Numbered from the stretch's first letter, positions 27,689 through 42,633 are shown. The stretch: 64,000 nucleotides of DNA from Octopus vulgaris (GCA_951406725.2 OX597814.1:100626001-100690000); one strand, 5' to 3'. Numbers and translations: made by a program. The notes: generated by a model not told the origin, from the letters alone.

Positions 27689-27767
27689 TTCGAATTTTTC
27701 CAATAATAATATTTTATACGACTTGAGATGTTTGCTTTGCCTTAATGTTTGTTGTCCTCTTAAGCAA

Positions 27768-27822
<55 letters not shown>

Positions 27823-28354
27823 TGGAGATACACACACACACACACACAAACACGCGAATATAGCATGAAACTGAGTGTGTAATCTGTAGATATCACAACA
27901 CATTTGAGAGTGTAACTATGTTGTTCATTGTATGAGTCTCTTTCTTTGAGTGAGTCCGTTTTGTTTGATTATTATGCTTGTTTATCTGTGTACAACTGTC
28001 TATGTGAATATCTATGTGTGTGTGTGTGTGTGTGTGCGTGCTTTGTCGTGCGCATGTCTCTATATGTGTTCACATGCCGTGCGTTTAAGTGTGAATTGCG
28101 AGGTTAAAACATCACGTATACCAATATTAAATATCAAAGAATTCAATTGATAACATTAAAAAATATAGCAGAGAATAAATAATAATTTAGACATACATGC
28201 ATACCTAAATATATATACATATGCATATAAACATACATATATGTGTATACATACATATACATACATATATTGTGCGTGTGTTCATGCATATGGGTATGTA
28301 TGTATACGCACACATTTATATATATATCTATCTATCTTGCTAGCTGTATGAATG

Positions 28355-28389
<35 letters not shown>

Positions 28390-28458
28390 ATGTATATATA
28401 TATGTATGTATATATATGTATATATATATATGTACACACACACAAACCCACATACAAA

Positions 28459-28512
<54 letters not shown>

Positions 28513-28814
28513 CAAGCATTAGAGCATGTATGATAAATGAGAAGACAAGGCAATCCTTTTAATGTATTTCACGCGTACGTAATCTAACATTAGCCCGATA
28601 TAAATGATATTATTTTCTGGATTCGATAAACCAAAGTATGAGCCGACTGCTTGTCTTTTTAAGTCACTGACTTCTTTCCTAAATTTTCAGACCTTGTGTT
28701 CTCTGTAAGTATGTTGCTGAGAATTAAATCAAATTTAAATTCAATTATAATTTAATTGGACTGCTATTATAACAAACCTAACTTAAAACAGTTGTTTGTT
28801 AATATAAATTTTAA

Positions 28815-29030
28815 TGGCGGCATGCTGGTTGAATCCCTAGTACGCTTGACACGATGCTTTGTAGCGTTTCTTGTTGCTTTACGTTCTGTGTTCAAATATT
28901 TTGAGGTTCATTTTGCCTTTCATTCTTTCGTGGCCGATGAATTAATTACGAGTTGAGCACTGGGGTTGATGTAATCGACTAGACCCCGCTCCACAAAAAT
29001 TCAGGCCTAATACTAATAGTAGAAATGATT
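28815..29030 (+). mobile_element. Degenerate SINE family B
   Basis: GGCGGCATGCTGG..TTCAAAT..TTTGCCTTTCATTCTTTCG..CACTGGGGTTGATGTAATCGACT. Confidence 0.75.
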
Positions 29031-29572
29031 CATATAAATTTTAATAAAAATTATTGCTAAAAAGCGTATTCTAATCAGTAAGCCTTTGTCTTGATTGTTG
29101 TCAGTCATTGAAATTTGTTGTTACGATGATGCTTAAGAATGTGATATAGATTTAATTCACCACATAGTGAGCAAAACTATTATTCATAAAAACAAAATTT
29201 GAAAATTACATGAAATATTTTATGATATAAACCTTTTTATAGGCTTAATACCCGTTTTGTTGATAGGATCGTACTAAACTAAATAAGCATTTATACATAT
29301 ATCATGCATTCCATATGACATAATGCTCTGACAAAATAGCATTAAGTTTAATAAAGGAACAACGGAGTTTCATTACTTCCATGATCAGTATAAGCAAGAA
29401 ATACATTTACAGTATGCTTACGAAGAACTATTCAAATTATGCATGCAAAGCTTCCTATCATATGCCGTCTCAACAGTACGTGTTTAACTTGAAGATGAAT
29501 GAAATCGTTTTAAAACATTTCTGCAACAAATTTCTAGACTCCTACACACGGAACAACAACAGTGAAACTCTA

Positions 29573-29603
<31 letters not shown>

Positions 29604-29702
29604 CAAACATACATACATACATACATACATACATACATACATACATACATACATACATACATACATACATACATACATTCATATATACATATATACATAT
29701 GC

Positions 29703-29735
<33 letters not shown>

Positions 29736-30061
29736 CACTTATATATATATGTGTATGTATACACACACACATATATATATATATATACATACATAAAGGT
29801 AAGCGGAGTTAGCGGTTGAAATAACCGTCTAAGGGATAAGAATATCCGTTCTTACTACCGGTATCATTTACCTATGTTCACCCTGGGCCCATGGAAGCAC
29901 ACTATACTCACTGGGTACAGGTAATAACTGGAAAAAAATGTTTATCACGATTCAAATTTAAATAAGCGGAAAATGGAGAAATCTTTTGATCAATTGACCA
30001 AAAAACAAACAAATTATTACAAAACATAACATTGCATTTTTTGTTGATCAAAAGTTTCTGT

Positions 30062-30096
<35 letters not shown>

Positions 30097-30247
30097 AAGA
30101 AAAACATTGATTAGAGAACGAACATCAAATTCGAGTCAACGACTTTATATAACACCACGATTCCATACATTTGATCATATATAAATATTACGATGGCGTT
30201 CAACATATAAAAGGAATACTTATATATAAAAACTCAGTAGGTAATAT

Positions 30248-30464
30248 ATAATCGGTGGACGCACGCAGATGTCGAGTGGTACCCGCGTGAGCGGAAAAGA
30301 CCACCCGGAAGACCTCCACGACGGTGGAATTACGATTTCAGGAGGACGATTGGGATCACGTGGATGAGAAAGGCGCGATCCAGAGAGGAGTGGACAGCGT
30401 GCTGTGACCAGCGGTGTCAAATGGACGCCTGACGGACTGGTCGGTCAAAGTGAAGTCAAAGTGA
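30248..30464 (+). mobile_element. RTE-clade LINE 3' end
   Basis: NRWTHADVEWYPRERKRPPGRPPRRWNYDFRRTIGITWMRKARSREEW fits RTE 'GRPxxRW..W..A..R..W'; short tandem tail TCAAAGTGA x2. Confidence 0.88.
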
Positions 30465-30599
30465 TATATATATATATATATATATATGCACATAAAAATA
30501 CAAATATATATAATGGCTTACCAAGAAAAGTTATATACAATCGACTAAGAATAAGTAATCAAAATGAATTACTAAAGCGTGTCATGAGACTAAAAATCT

Positions 30600-31636
30600 T
30601 TAAAAAAACTTTAGAAATATATGAATCCACTAAAAATTGTTTTTACTCCCCTCAGTTTAAAAATATCTGAAAATAGTTCGTTTCATGAAAACCATGGTAG
30701 GATGAAGTCCAAGGGGCGTAAGAGAATTCCACAAAATCAAATCAAAACATATCTATGGACAATTCGGGAGTTCACTGCTGTGGTCCGATTACGAATTAGA
30801 GTGCATTTCGGCAACGACACCCTCATCAAGATGAACAGGAATCTCTACAAATAGTCGTCCACAAGAGTCCTGATGCACTGAAAACCACCATTGAATCAAC
30901 CCCAACTTTTACAGTTCAGGAGCTATGCACAAGCTTCAACGTAAGCAGTACCACCATTCATCGTGAATTGAAAAGGCTTGATAAAGTTTCAAAGGTTGGA
31001 AAATGGATTCCGCATGAGCTCTATGCAGACACTTGCACACAGTGTTGAGTATTGTGCCTCATTACGATTTTGTGAGCTGGAGAGGAAAAATTGATACTTT
31101 ACCATAATGTTCAGCGAAAACGTCAGCGACTCACGAGTAGTGAAGAGACAGCTCAGCAACCTAGACGTGGCCTGCATATAGGAAAGATTTGTTTCGAGTA
31201 TATGGTGGGATATGCATGAAATAATTCATCAGGAGCTGTTAGATGATAATCAAACAGCTGTTGTATATTTTCAACAGCTACCACATTTGAAAATAACGTT
31301 GCAGCAAAAACGTCCATCATTAACAAATAGCAAAAATGAATTATCCTTCATCGTGATAACACTAGACTCACCTTGGACAAACGATCACCACGCGCCTACA
31401 GATTACCCTCTATTTAGAAGTTTACACAAGCAGAAGACGAAAATGTGTCAATTTCCTTTTTCACTTGTAAGCTTTAGGAAATTTATGAGCGTGGCATTAA
31501 AATGTTCACTGACAGTTGGAAAGAAGTCACAGAGAAGAATGGTAGTTATATTGACGATTAAATAAATCAGATATTGTCTTTTTATTGTTTTATTGAACCT
31601 TAAAAAAATCGACAGAACTTTCGTTACAACTTGATA
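30600..31636 (+). mobile_element. mariner (DD34D-type) relic
   Basis: TVQELCTSFNVSSTTIHRELKRLDKVSK and GKWIPHEL (WVPHEL motif), IWWD, TIR-like AAAATCGACAGAACTTTCGTTACAACTTGATA. Confidence 0.8.
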
Positions 31637-32526
31637 TGTACATTTGATACATATTGATAGAATATCATTTATGAAATATTTCCTAGTAGGCAGCCGTCGG
31701 TCTCGTGAGACCATGGATCTGAACTCGAAGAAATTGTGTGAGATACTGAAGGTGGTGTAGCGTTTGTTGTGACTGTATAGCACCACACAACTGCATTTGA
31801 AGGAATTTCCTGTTGGCGATATAAATACTTAAATATTAGTAAAGAATTTGTTTTCTTTTATAGAAGGCACTTATTGCTATATCAATGGCTCTGAAAAGTG
31901 CAATGTCTGTCTTTTTCACAACTATAGCGCTGCATTAAGTTATTCGAACTTTTGGATAAAAGATCGGAACTGGTGACCACACACCCTCTTTAGTAATTTT
32001 TTTTATCTGCCGGCTGGTTTAATGTATTTTGTTGCTGCTTTAGGAATTCTCCATACAATACCGGAAACGTTAAATTCAGAATTACGATTCAAGGTTTCAA
32101 AAAAGGCACACATTCATTTATCAGCATTAAAATATCATCAACAAGGGCAACTTTCCTTGCTAACATGTTTTAAACATATGGTAATGAAGAAATAGAAATA
32201 TCACGTGCGTATTTACGCGAGGAAGTAGCAATATCACGTGTTCGGTACATGATAACGAATAGATGAATATAAGACATGTCTTCTAAGTCTTTTTTTCCTT
32301 TCATTAACCAATAAAGTCATGATACATTGTTGACTAATTATTATATTTTTGCTTACATTGTATCATGCTGTATCCCGATATAAATCGTTTTGACTATCGG
32401 AAACGTGTAAGTCAAAGTGACTATTCAAGAAATAAATAAACATGCGCGTTTGTATATATGTATGAGTATATATACATACATGCATTTTAATATGTGTGTG
32501 TGCGTATTGTGTGTATACGTTTGCTA

Positions 32527-32644
<118 letters not shown>

Positions 32645-32746
32645 CATATATATATATATATATATTCAGATACATATATGTATGTCTCTTCTATTTTTTA
32701 ATCATTATAAATCTTCCACTGAGGGAGCCGGTTTCCAACATATATG

Positions 32747-32780
<34 letters not shown>

Positions 32781-33576
32781 TGTATGTATGTATGTATGTA
32801 TGTATGTATGTCAGTATGTATATATGTGTGTATTTACTAAATTACTGATGTGTTAAATATCTCATTTACATATGCACATACACATGGGCGCACACACACT
32901 GAGACACACACATATATGCATAAAGAGAAACATATATATGATTAACTGAAGTTTATACGGTTACACTATACCCATCCACTTACACGCGTTTATATAAATC
33001 ACATATTTATATATGTGCATGCATGTGTAAGTATATGTGTATGTATGTGTATATGTATCTATGGAACGGAGCAATGGTAGAACAAGAACGAAGAAAATAA
33101 CCCACTTGTTTCGATGTTGACTAAAAATTGAAAAATGACACTGCTTTGATGGGATTAATCTATCTACCATATTTTAAAGACTTACATATGAAGGTGAGTA
33201 GACGCTTGCACTGCTAATTCCAGTATTCTACATTTTGACGAACGAACACACATACATACATATATACATACATAAATACATACACAGGCACACACGCGCA
33301 TACACAAATATATATATGTATATACACATATACATATATTTACTGAGTTGTAGAAAATAAATTTAAAATATGACACTGTGATATTCTCTTATCTTGCCCT
33401 CGTCTTTGAACCAGGCTCCCTTTAAACGAATTTAGTCTAGCATTCAGTAGTTCAACAAAATCATCAAGTAGTTCAATTCAGTTCTGAAATTACCGTGTCT
33501 AACAAAAACCCATAAGTTTCTTCTACAGTTTCTGTTGTAGATGTAGTTGTTGTCGTTACTATTATTATTATTATTA

Positions 33577-33679
<103 letters not shown>

Positions 33680-33712
33680 TATTATTATTATTATTATTAT
33701 TATTGCTATAAT

Positions 33713-34088
33713 TTGAGTAAGAGAGCAATGCACGCCATCAAAGTGACACTGGGGTGCAAATATACGAAGCCCAATATAGCCATCATGACTATTCGTCCGA
33801 CAAGGGTACATCAGGCACATGCATCACAACCATATGTGCACAACATGGTGATCTCGTATCAAAAGAGAGAGCGCATGACCTTGCTAGTAGAGCCCAGTTA
33901 GAATTTTCTTCAGGCCGAGTGGCCTATCCCGCTCAAAATATTCCTGAATAAGGATTGTTTAAGGAGGATGAAAGAAACTAGTCAAACTCCAAAGAATTCC
34001 TATGATGCTCCCTAACTACTCCTGCTCATGATCAGAGATGCACATATCGTCAGCCACCAAGGTATATGCTCAACTGGTTAAGGTTGAA
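33713..34088 (-). mobile_element. Non-coding interspersed repeat with (AAT)n tail
   Basis: 3' end GTCACTTTGATGGCGTGCATTGCTCTCTTACTCA matches 62016-62050(+); both are followed by long (AAT)n. Confidence 0.65.
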
Positions 34089-34089
34089 C

Positions 34090-35985
34090 AATAATAATAA
34101 TAACAATGATAGGAATATCAATAATATTAATAGCAGTAATGCTCCCGGTTGCAATTGTAGAGTGAAATCCCATTGCCCGTTGTTAGGTCGCTGTTTAATC
34201 CAAAACGCAGTTTACGGATGTACAATTCTGACTGAAACTGTTAATTAATATAATACAGAGGGTGCAAGCCTTATAGAAATAGTCGATATGGGTGTGAGCT
34301 TTGCTGTATGGAAATTTATGAATTTTAAGTACAGAGACAAGAACAGCCTGATTAATAATAGATTGGACCTAAGGGTACCATGTATACATAGCATCACCTG
34401 CATATTTAAGTATTTTCGAAACTAATATTACATTTATTATATTTGGAATTTGGTGGTGGAAATTAACTTCGGTGTTGTATCCTTTATAACTTACCATCTA
34501 ATATAGGATATTATGTTATACAATATTATGTATTACATTACATATGTTATATATGCTATGTATTATGTGATGTACTATATGTATTATTACCCTATGGTAA
34601 CCTCTGCCTAGTGAGTCTGACTTCATCCTATTTGGTGATTACACTATCCTTTCCTTCAATGAATTTCTACCCTATCAGTCAAATTATGTATATTTGTAAT
34701 GATTTTGAAATAGCAAGTTTCTCTTGACTAAATCTTGTATCACCTAAGAACTATACAATCATACATACAATAGCAGCTATAATATTATAACTTATAAAGC
34801 CACTTCGGTATGAATACCTTTAACTGTCCTTATTATTTCCTTACCTGTTACTCTTTTTAGGTTAATTTTATCTTTCCTGCTTTTAATTTTAATTACCTTT
34901 CTCTTTATATGTATTTCTTATTATTTTCTATAAATTCTTCTTATTCTGATTTCTTATTTTGGTATGTTGACTTTATTAATCATTTATCCTTTATGTTTTA
35001 CCTTTATATTGTTAAATTTTATATGGTATTGAATTTTATATTTTTGCATCTCTTCGTTTATACTGATATAGCAATCTATGAATCATTGAGCATGTTACAT
35101 CTCTCCTCCGCATGTATGCAGGTTGAGAAGTAGCTCAATATGGTTCTTAAATTGTTACTTTACATGTTCTTAAATTGATATTTTCAGTTACTTGTGTTTA
35201 CGCAAAATAATTATACTATATCATTTATATAGGCGTATATATGTGTGTTAAGTAAAGATGGGGTATCAAATTGACTCTAAATAATTGTAATCTTCTTTCT
35301 AATGTTTAAAATTGGTCCGTATACAGCTTTAAGCTAAATTGGCTATGATATCACTTCCTAGAATTTTTAAAAAATTTATTTTATTCTTATACAACATAAT
35401 AATATTGTTTATAAACGTTCTCCCACTGAGCCCCTAATGTTTTCCTGAATCTCATTATAGCATCCTAAGTTTCATAGCGTTTTCCCCTTTAACTGGTAAC
35501 AAAAATCATGAATTAATGTCACCTACCTAATGTTTTGTTTCTCTTTCTTGTAGGTAGAGGGTACCCAATATTCATGGCCAGTAGCCAGCCATGAGCTGTC
35601 AACTCACTTTGCTCTTTATTCTAAATATACACAAATTTCTAGTCTCAGATTTTAGTTGATGATAAAGAGTTAGATAAATTGGAAATGAATTACGACCCAA
35701 TGACCCCACCACTGTGTTCCATGCCACTCTACAAAATTGCAGCCTATTCTCTTAGCAATTCTTCCTACAATAGCAACAACATGAATTCCTTCCATCCTCT
35801 TGCTCTGTTAAAATATCTAAGAAAAATTGTATTAATATATCTTGTCTGTTGAAGCTCCATATTTGTACAGCTGAAGATAGCGCTGTATTTAAATTGATGT
35901 AATGATTGCATTGTTCATTTACAAGGAGCCGCTCGAAACGGTCGTACTGCATTACTACTTGAAATCCTGTCACTTATTTTGATAT
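34090..35985 (+). mobile_element. Degenerate Penelope-like element (Naiad-like linker) ending in a hammerhead-bearing pLTR
   Basis: GCNCRVKSHCPLLGRCLIQNAVYGC at 34147-34222 matches the CNCR..CPLxGxCL..VxY start of a GIY-YIG domain; hammerhead at 35868; internal continuity uncertain. Confidence 0.6.
35868..35950 (+). ncRNA. Type I hammerhead ribozyme with long stem II insert
   Basis: CAG-CTGAAGA-tAGCG[~47 nt]CGCTc-GAAACGGTCGTA-CTG. Confidence 0.75.
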
Positions 35986-36444
35986 ATATATATATATATG
36001 CGTGATTTTTTAAATATATTTTCCTTTGAAAGTCTGCATTTCTAGTCGAGTTTGTCGTCTCTTACTGTTTGAACAATAATAATTTTGAAGATGGCTGCGT
36101 ACAAGAAACATGATTTGATCTATATTATTAGATTATCTCCAGTATATTCGTCTCTAACTAACCTTCTCTAAATGTAATTAAGAATGTATGGTCCCCGTTT
36201 GGAATTTGCAATAAATTTGCTAAATTAGTTGCTGCGCAATTGTTGTGTTCATAGATAAAATCTTTTAATTCTATTAAAGTGTTTTAAGCCGTTAATATGT
36301 TTGTTTTCTTTCATTTTAAACAGTCTGCATCACATTTAATATATTATTTTTGCATATGGAATGTTTATTGATGTATTCTGTGTGTACGTGCAAAGTTGGA
36401 AAGTGGATAACGATACCTCCTGCCTGTATCACTCCTCTGTTATC

Positions 36445-36613
36445 CGGTGCCGTCTTTATAGCATGGGTCTACTGGTCAGTTGTCCAGGGACCCCATGGGT
36501 TTAGGGGCCCAGTTATGATCAATGAATCTTATGGGTTGCTATCAATAAATACAGACCATAGAACCATGTCTAATGATTTGTCAGGGGCCTATAATACTGT
36601 TGAGACAGTCCTA
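36445..36613. mobile_element. hAT-like MITE
   Basis: Degenerate TIRs CGGTGCCGTCT / AGACAGTCCTA; 8-bp TSD CTGTTATC / GTGTTATC (7/8). Confidence 0.65.
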
Positions 36614-37109
36614 GTGTTATCATTATAATTTTGCAAGTTAAATGTCGTGTACTTGAAAAATACTAACACTTGGTTGATCGTTGTGTTCCTACGGGTATAT
36701 TGTAAACGTTCTTTCAGGGCTTTTAGATTTTGTTTTGCGAAATTTATGGTTTTCATTAATTGATGAATGCAATTCTAATTCAGAAAAAGAATATCCTTAG
36801 CCACATAAACTGTGACCATCCGTTTTCTTTCCTAACATATTACACTTAGTTTATCCTTCAACTTTTCCCCCTCTTCCGAAATTGCTGGCCTTGTGTAAAT
36901 ATTTGAAACCAGTTTATTCGTAGCATCTTTTATCTATCTGTTTCTTATTGGAACTACCTTATTCGAGACTAACAATTCTGGAATGCAGGAGTTGAAAACA
37001 CGATCAACAGCCTTCTCATAGCTATTCTGAATTGTTCTGAATATTTTGTCTCATACTGTAATCTTTGCTTTTGAATTTGATCATTAAGTGATCTGCAGGA
37101 CTGTATGGA

Positions 37110-37192
<83 letters not shown>

Positions 37193-37234
37193 TGTGTGTG
37201 TGTGTGTGTGTCTGTGTGTGTGTGTCTGTGTGTG

Positions 37235-37412
37235 TGTCTGTGTTTGTCCCTCCATCACCACTTGACAACCACTGTTATGTGTGTTTATGTCCCTGAAATT
37301 TAACGGTTCGGCAAAAAAGACCGATAGAATACTTACCAGATTTAAGAGAATAAGTACTGGGATTGATTCAAGGCGAAGCTACAGCATGGCCGAAGTCTAA
37401 TGACTGAAACAG
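37235..37412 (+). mobile_element. SINE family A 3' body
   Basis: TGTCCCTCCATCACCACTTGACAACC..GGTTCGGCAAAAAAGACCGATAGAATA. Confidence 0.8.
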
Positions 37413-38387
37413 GTCACAAAGAAAAACAAAACACCGAAGAGAAGTTCATCGCTCTGTTTAATAAAAAGTACTTGTATATAATTTTGGATGTCAAAACGTT
37501 TTGGACAACGATATTACCTAATGGTTCATACACAAAAATAACTGAATGTGTTTTTTGAATATTAGAACAATTGAAAATAGCATCCATTTTTGCTACCACA
37601 CACTCCATCTTCAACACACATATAAAATTTCCACCACTTCCTTGTCATGAGTGGGCAGTGCCACCCACTTCGCGAAGTACTGATACACTACCGCAACAAT
37701 TTCTGTGGAAGAAACCGTTTTACTTAATGTTAAATATTCTCTATCTTCATGGTGTTTGAGATTTAACCCGGCAAATCTGAGGAGAACTTCATCACTTGAG
37801 CTGTATACTGGAGGTCTTCCATGGTACATATTTAAAACTATGTAGACTTTCTCTGTGGTAAAGCAGTAGTATGTAAACAATTTCAAATATGTAAGATAAT
37901 TTATAAAAATCTGAGGAAAAATGGGGGGAAAGTGAAAGAAAAAAATTTCCCCAGAAAACAAATTCTACTTGCGAGATTCCATAATTGATGTTTATTTAAT
38001 GGTTTCGTTTTGTAATTTGGTTCACAAGGAACAAAACAACTTGAAATAATCTTGTGAATTCAACATGAATTAACACAAGTTCTTTTTCTGTAAATATCTC
38101 TCAAGAATAAATATAGGTAGGTGTGTAGGTGTAGGTATCAATAAGAATAAATACATGCATACATATGTACACACACACACACATATATATGTGGGTATAT
38201 GAACATGTATATATGTGTGTGGGGCGGGGTATGTGAGCATGAATACGTGCGTGTCTGTGTGCGTGTGTGTGTCAAATAACTGAAACCGAATGCCACATGG
38301 AAAATAAATCAAGATACATTAATATAAATATATACACATATATATATATATAGATATAGGCATAAAAAAGTACACTCACGCACACAC

Positions 38388-38447
<60 letters not shown>

Positions 38448-38450
38448 ATA

Positions 38451-38483
<33 letters not shown>

Positions 38484-39499
38484 AAAGAAAAAATTCAAGT
38501 TCTAAAATCTCTCTTTCATATATATGTATGTATGTACGTATGTATATATACGTAAAATTATGGACACGCATATAAACACGTATACAAGTATACGTAATGA
38601 TATTTATGTGTGTGTATATTTATATATATATGCATACATATATAAGTGTGTTTGTGTATGTATATACAGAGATAGATAGATAGATAGATAAATAGAGAGA
38701 GAGAGAGAGAGAGATTTATATATGCTAACATGTGTGTGTTGAACGTGTATATGTGTGTATACGCGTAGTCGTATATTCATGAATTCATGAACATATGTAA
38801 GCGCTTACATATATATTCACGAAGAGGCACGTTCATACATACATATGTGAATCAGAAAACGAAAGTGTCGTATTACAGTGTAACACATGTCAAACGACAC
38901 AAACACCACTTGCCGAAAACCATTTTACCGTTTGTTCTGTATAGATTTATTCCATACTAACACTATTTCCAGTGTTGCGAACTACAGAGATATTGTATCC
39001 ATCCTGCCATCAATCTATTCTACCACCCAGCTACAAACATATCCGCATGACCTCGACTGATGTATTATGGGACATGCCAACGATGAAACCTCGGTGCAGT
39101 CGCTCGGCCTGCTAGTAATAGCAGTCTAGTTCCCTCGAATAACACCCAACCGTTCTACAAACACACTGAACAAATTGTCCAATATGTCAAACACACACAC
39201 ACATACATATACACGCATACACACGTGCACGTCCACGCACTCGCACACACAAACCTACACACATACAAACATACATACACACGCATACACACGCGCACGT
39301 CCACGCACTCGCACTCACAGACCTACACACATACACAAACAAACACAGCACGCATACGCGCGCGCGCAAACACACACTCACATATATATGTATGCGTATA
39401 TACAAATATATTCATACGAATGTTACATTTGTATGATTTTGTACAAATATAACATTCGACAACGATAGCTAAATATTTGTACGTACCTTTATTCAAATA

Positions 39500-40465
39500 T
39501 ATATGCGTTATTTTGCTTCGCAAACTTTTGCTCCTCTTTAAAGCAATTTCTTGACTTCACCATCGAAGTACATGACATCTTTCTGGATCATGAACTGAGC
39601 TATGCAGTTTTTGAAATCTTTCAAATAATTGAATTTCTTCCCCGTAAGAGAATTTTGTAGAGAATGAAATAAATGGTAATACGAAAGTCTAAGGTCGGGT
39701 GAATACATTAGATGTGGCAGGATATCCTAGTTAAGCTGTACCAATTTTTGCCGTGTCTGCAACAATAGGTCTAGCGTTGTCCTGAATGAAGACAGCATAC
39801 TTCCGATTTGTCATTTCCGGACGTTTTCGCTGATTGCCTTCTTTAATCAGTCTAATTCAGAGCAATAATTGTCTAAGTTCAACGTCCGAGTTTGGGAAAG
39901 GAACTCGTAATATACAATGCCCTTCCAGTCTCACTAGATACAGAGCATCACTTTCTCCGGATACTAACCAGATTTTGGAGAGACTAAATTTGGTTTATTT
40001 AATTTTCCCCAGGAATTTTATCGCTACATGTTTGTAAACAATGTATTTTTTATAATTTGTGATCTTGCTTTTGAAAAAATAGGTCATCTTTGTCGCCTTT
40101 GAGCAGAGGGTTGCTTATGGAAATGCCACCCTTTAAGATTTTTACCGTTAGCTTATGAGGCCCCAAACGTCATAGTGATTGATGTATCCAAGTGCTTTTA
40201 TGTGCCTGGTAGCTCACATTTGAAATGTGTGGAGTATCTCTGCAATGTCGTGTGTCGTGCGACCTGAGTCTACTGAAATTTTGTAGTGTTCCAAACCAAA
40301 ATCGTCACTTCTTAAACTTAGAAAACCACTTACGAACTGCCCCATCAACTATACTAACTATTTCCATAAACTGCATATAACATTATTGTTATGTGGACAG
40401 CATTTATTCTTTCTAGAAATAAAAGAGCATGAAATGACGGAAATATATCTCATTTTATTCCATTT
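39500..40465 (-). mobile_element. mariner (DD34D-type) relic
   Basis: ME*NEIYFRHFMLFYF start, VWGxHKL (WVPHxL-like), LPHLMYSPDL..YYHLFHSLQNSL; many indels. Confidence 0.85.
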
Positions 40466-40638
40466 TCCCTTTTAACGTTCAAATAGAAGTAATGAAGTAT
40501 CCACACGGTAACCATATATAGAAAAATGTGTTATGTGTTGAAATGTCACGTTTGAGAAAAGTGTATATATACATACAGTTACATATATATATATATATTT
40601 ATATATATTTGTACACACACATACACACACACACACAT

Positions 40639-40722
<84 letters not shown>

Positions 40723-41371
40723 ACATATATATATATATATATCTTCTGCCACGTCAGAAACGAAATTGTGTGTTTAAACTTCGCCGCCACTCGAAAAACG
40801 GTGTGAACTTTTGTTCCAGCCCGGAACTAACAAAGAAAGTTCTAGCCAATGGAAAAGCCACTAAATGATCGACCAGTGGGCTGGAAATAGTGGGAAATGT
40901 TTATCAAATCAATTGGAAGCAAATGAAAAAAGTACATTTTTCATAAAATACCCCATAGAAGACTTGATAGCATATACGGAATGATTTTGACAACAGATTT
41001 GCCTAATCAAATTTACGCTACATACAACAACACTTACATACAAATACTTTGTACTTTTGTGACGAATCTCTATCGTCTAGTCAGTGTTCTAATCCCACGT
41101 TCTCTTGCTCCTGCCTTTAATACGTAGTATACCACAGTAATCAGCAATTTTTACACCAGTCGAGGGAACTGGTTAGAATTTCTGACACATCAAACGACCA
41201 CGTAGAGTTTATCACTCCGAGGTCATAAACCGAACGAGCGTTTGGCATTTGAATCTAGGTATATGTGGATGTGATAGTGTTTCTGTTGTTTTGCTACTTG
41301 CTATAAGTAAGCTCCGTCAGAGCTGAGCAGTAACTAAACAATTGCTTCAATCACAGACATATAGGCATATA

Positions 41372-42633
41372 CAGGGTAGGGGAGAATATTTTGGAAGCCT
41401 TATTTTTCATATATTCCTGAGAGTAAATACTAAAGTATTGTTTTTCATTTCAGGGTGGGAGTATATAGAGTTAATTTAAACTGAAGTTCCAGTCATACGA
41501 TCTATCATGCCCATTTAAGAAGCCAAGAGACAACGCATTGCAGATTTGCTTCGTGCTGGAGTTGCAATTAGACGTATTGCTCAGAGTGTTAGGGGCTTCT
41601 GTGAGCAATGTCTACAACGTTGAAAAACGAATGCTGGGTATTGGAGGCATCAAGCGAAAGCAGGGAAGTGGAGGCGTAAATATAAAACAGGATAATGCAT
41701 TTCTTAAATCTCTCAAAGCTAAAATTTCGGAAGACCCAACGACACTCATGAGAAAACTGTCCATGGACATGAAAGTTGATCCAAAGAACATCAGAAATGC
41801 TGTACACACTGATTTACATTTGGAGTCATATGTGAGGACAATGAGACACCTATTGACTCATGCAATGAAAGCCAAAAGGCATGAAAGGACCAAAAATGTG
41901 TGGCGATACATGAAGCACAATCAACAAACCGTCAAAATATTTTCAGATGAAAATATCTTTACTGTTGATGCTATTTTAAAACGTCGCAATGATCGATACA
42001 TTGGTAAGTCACCTTCTGAAGTATAAGTGGTCTTGAGGACCAAACCTCCAGCTAAAGTCATGATATTGGGTATTGTGGCGTCTGACGGAAAAAAATATGC
42101 CTCTCCATTTTTTCAAGTCTGGGGAAAAGGTGGGAACTGATGTTTATAAATAGAGTCTTGCGGTTTAAAGTTTTGCTCTGGTTGAAGTCTAACTATCCCA
42201 ATGGTAATTATGTGTGGAACCAAATCTGGTTTTCCTGCTCATACGGCGAAGAAAGAGCAGAAATAATGTGAAGACAACTTCGCCGACTTTTGGCCAGCCA
42301 AATTCTTGCTTTCTTCCAACCCAGACTTGAGATTGGGGCAAAGTGGAGCACTCTATAAACAGAACTTCGCATCCAAGTCTTGATCATTTTAAGCAAATCC
42401 TGAAGGTAGAGTAGGACAACATATCTGAGTACTTCATCATGGAGAATTGTGATACCTTCAGGCAGCGTGTGAAGGCTATGGTGGACAATGAAAGCAGACA
42501 TATTGAATAAATTGTCTCTTTATACCCCTATAAACTTGTATTAAATTTATATTTATGTCAGGTTGCTGGTTGTTGTAATCTAAACAATTTGATGAATTAT
42601 CTATTATTTTCCAAGTTTTACTTTCCCACCTTG
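41372..42633 (+). mobile_element. Tc1/mariner maT (DD37D-like) transposon, full length, pseudogenised
   Basis: TA-CAGGGTAGGGGAG..CTTTCCCACCTTG-TA; ORF 41538-42026 with DPTTLMRKLS HTH, IFSDENIFTVD, RRNDRY; then VMILGIVASDG. Confidence 0.92.

Noticed and set aside
37414-37961. Helitron helicase or host exon in minus-strand ORFs
   Set aside because: Only vague resemblance; no diagnostic motif or splice pattern
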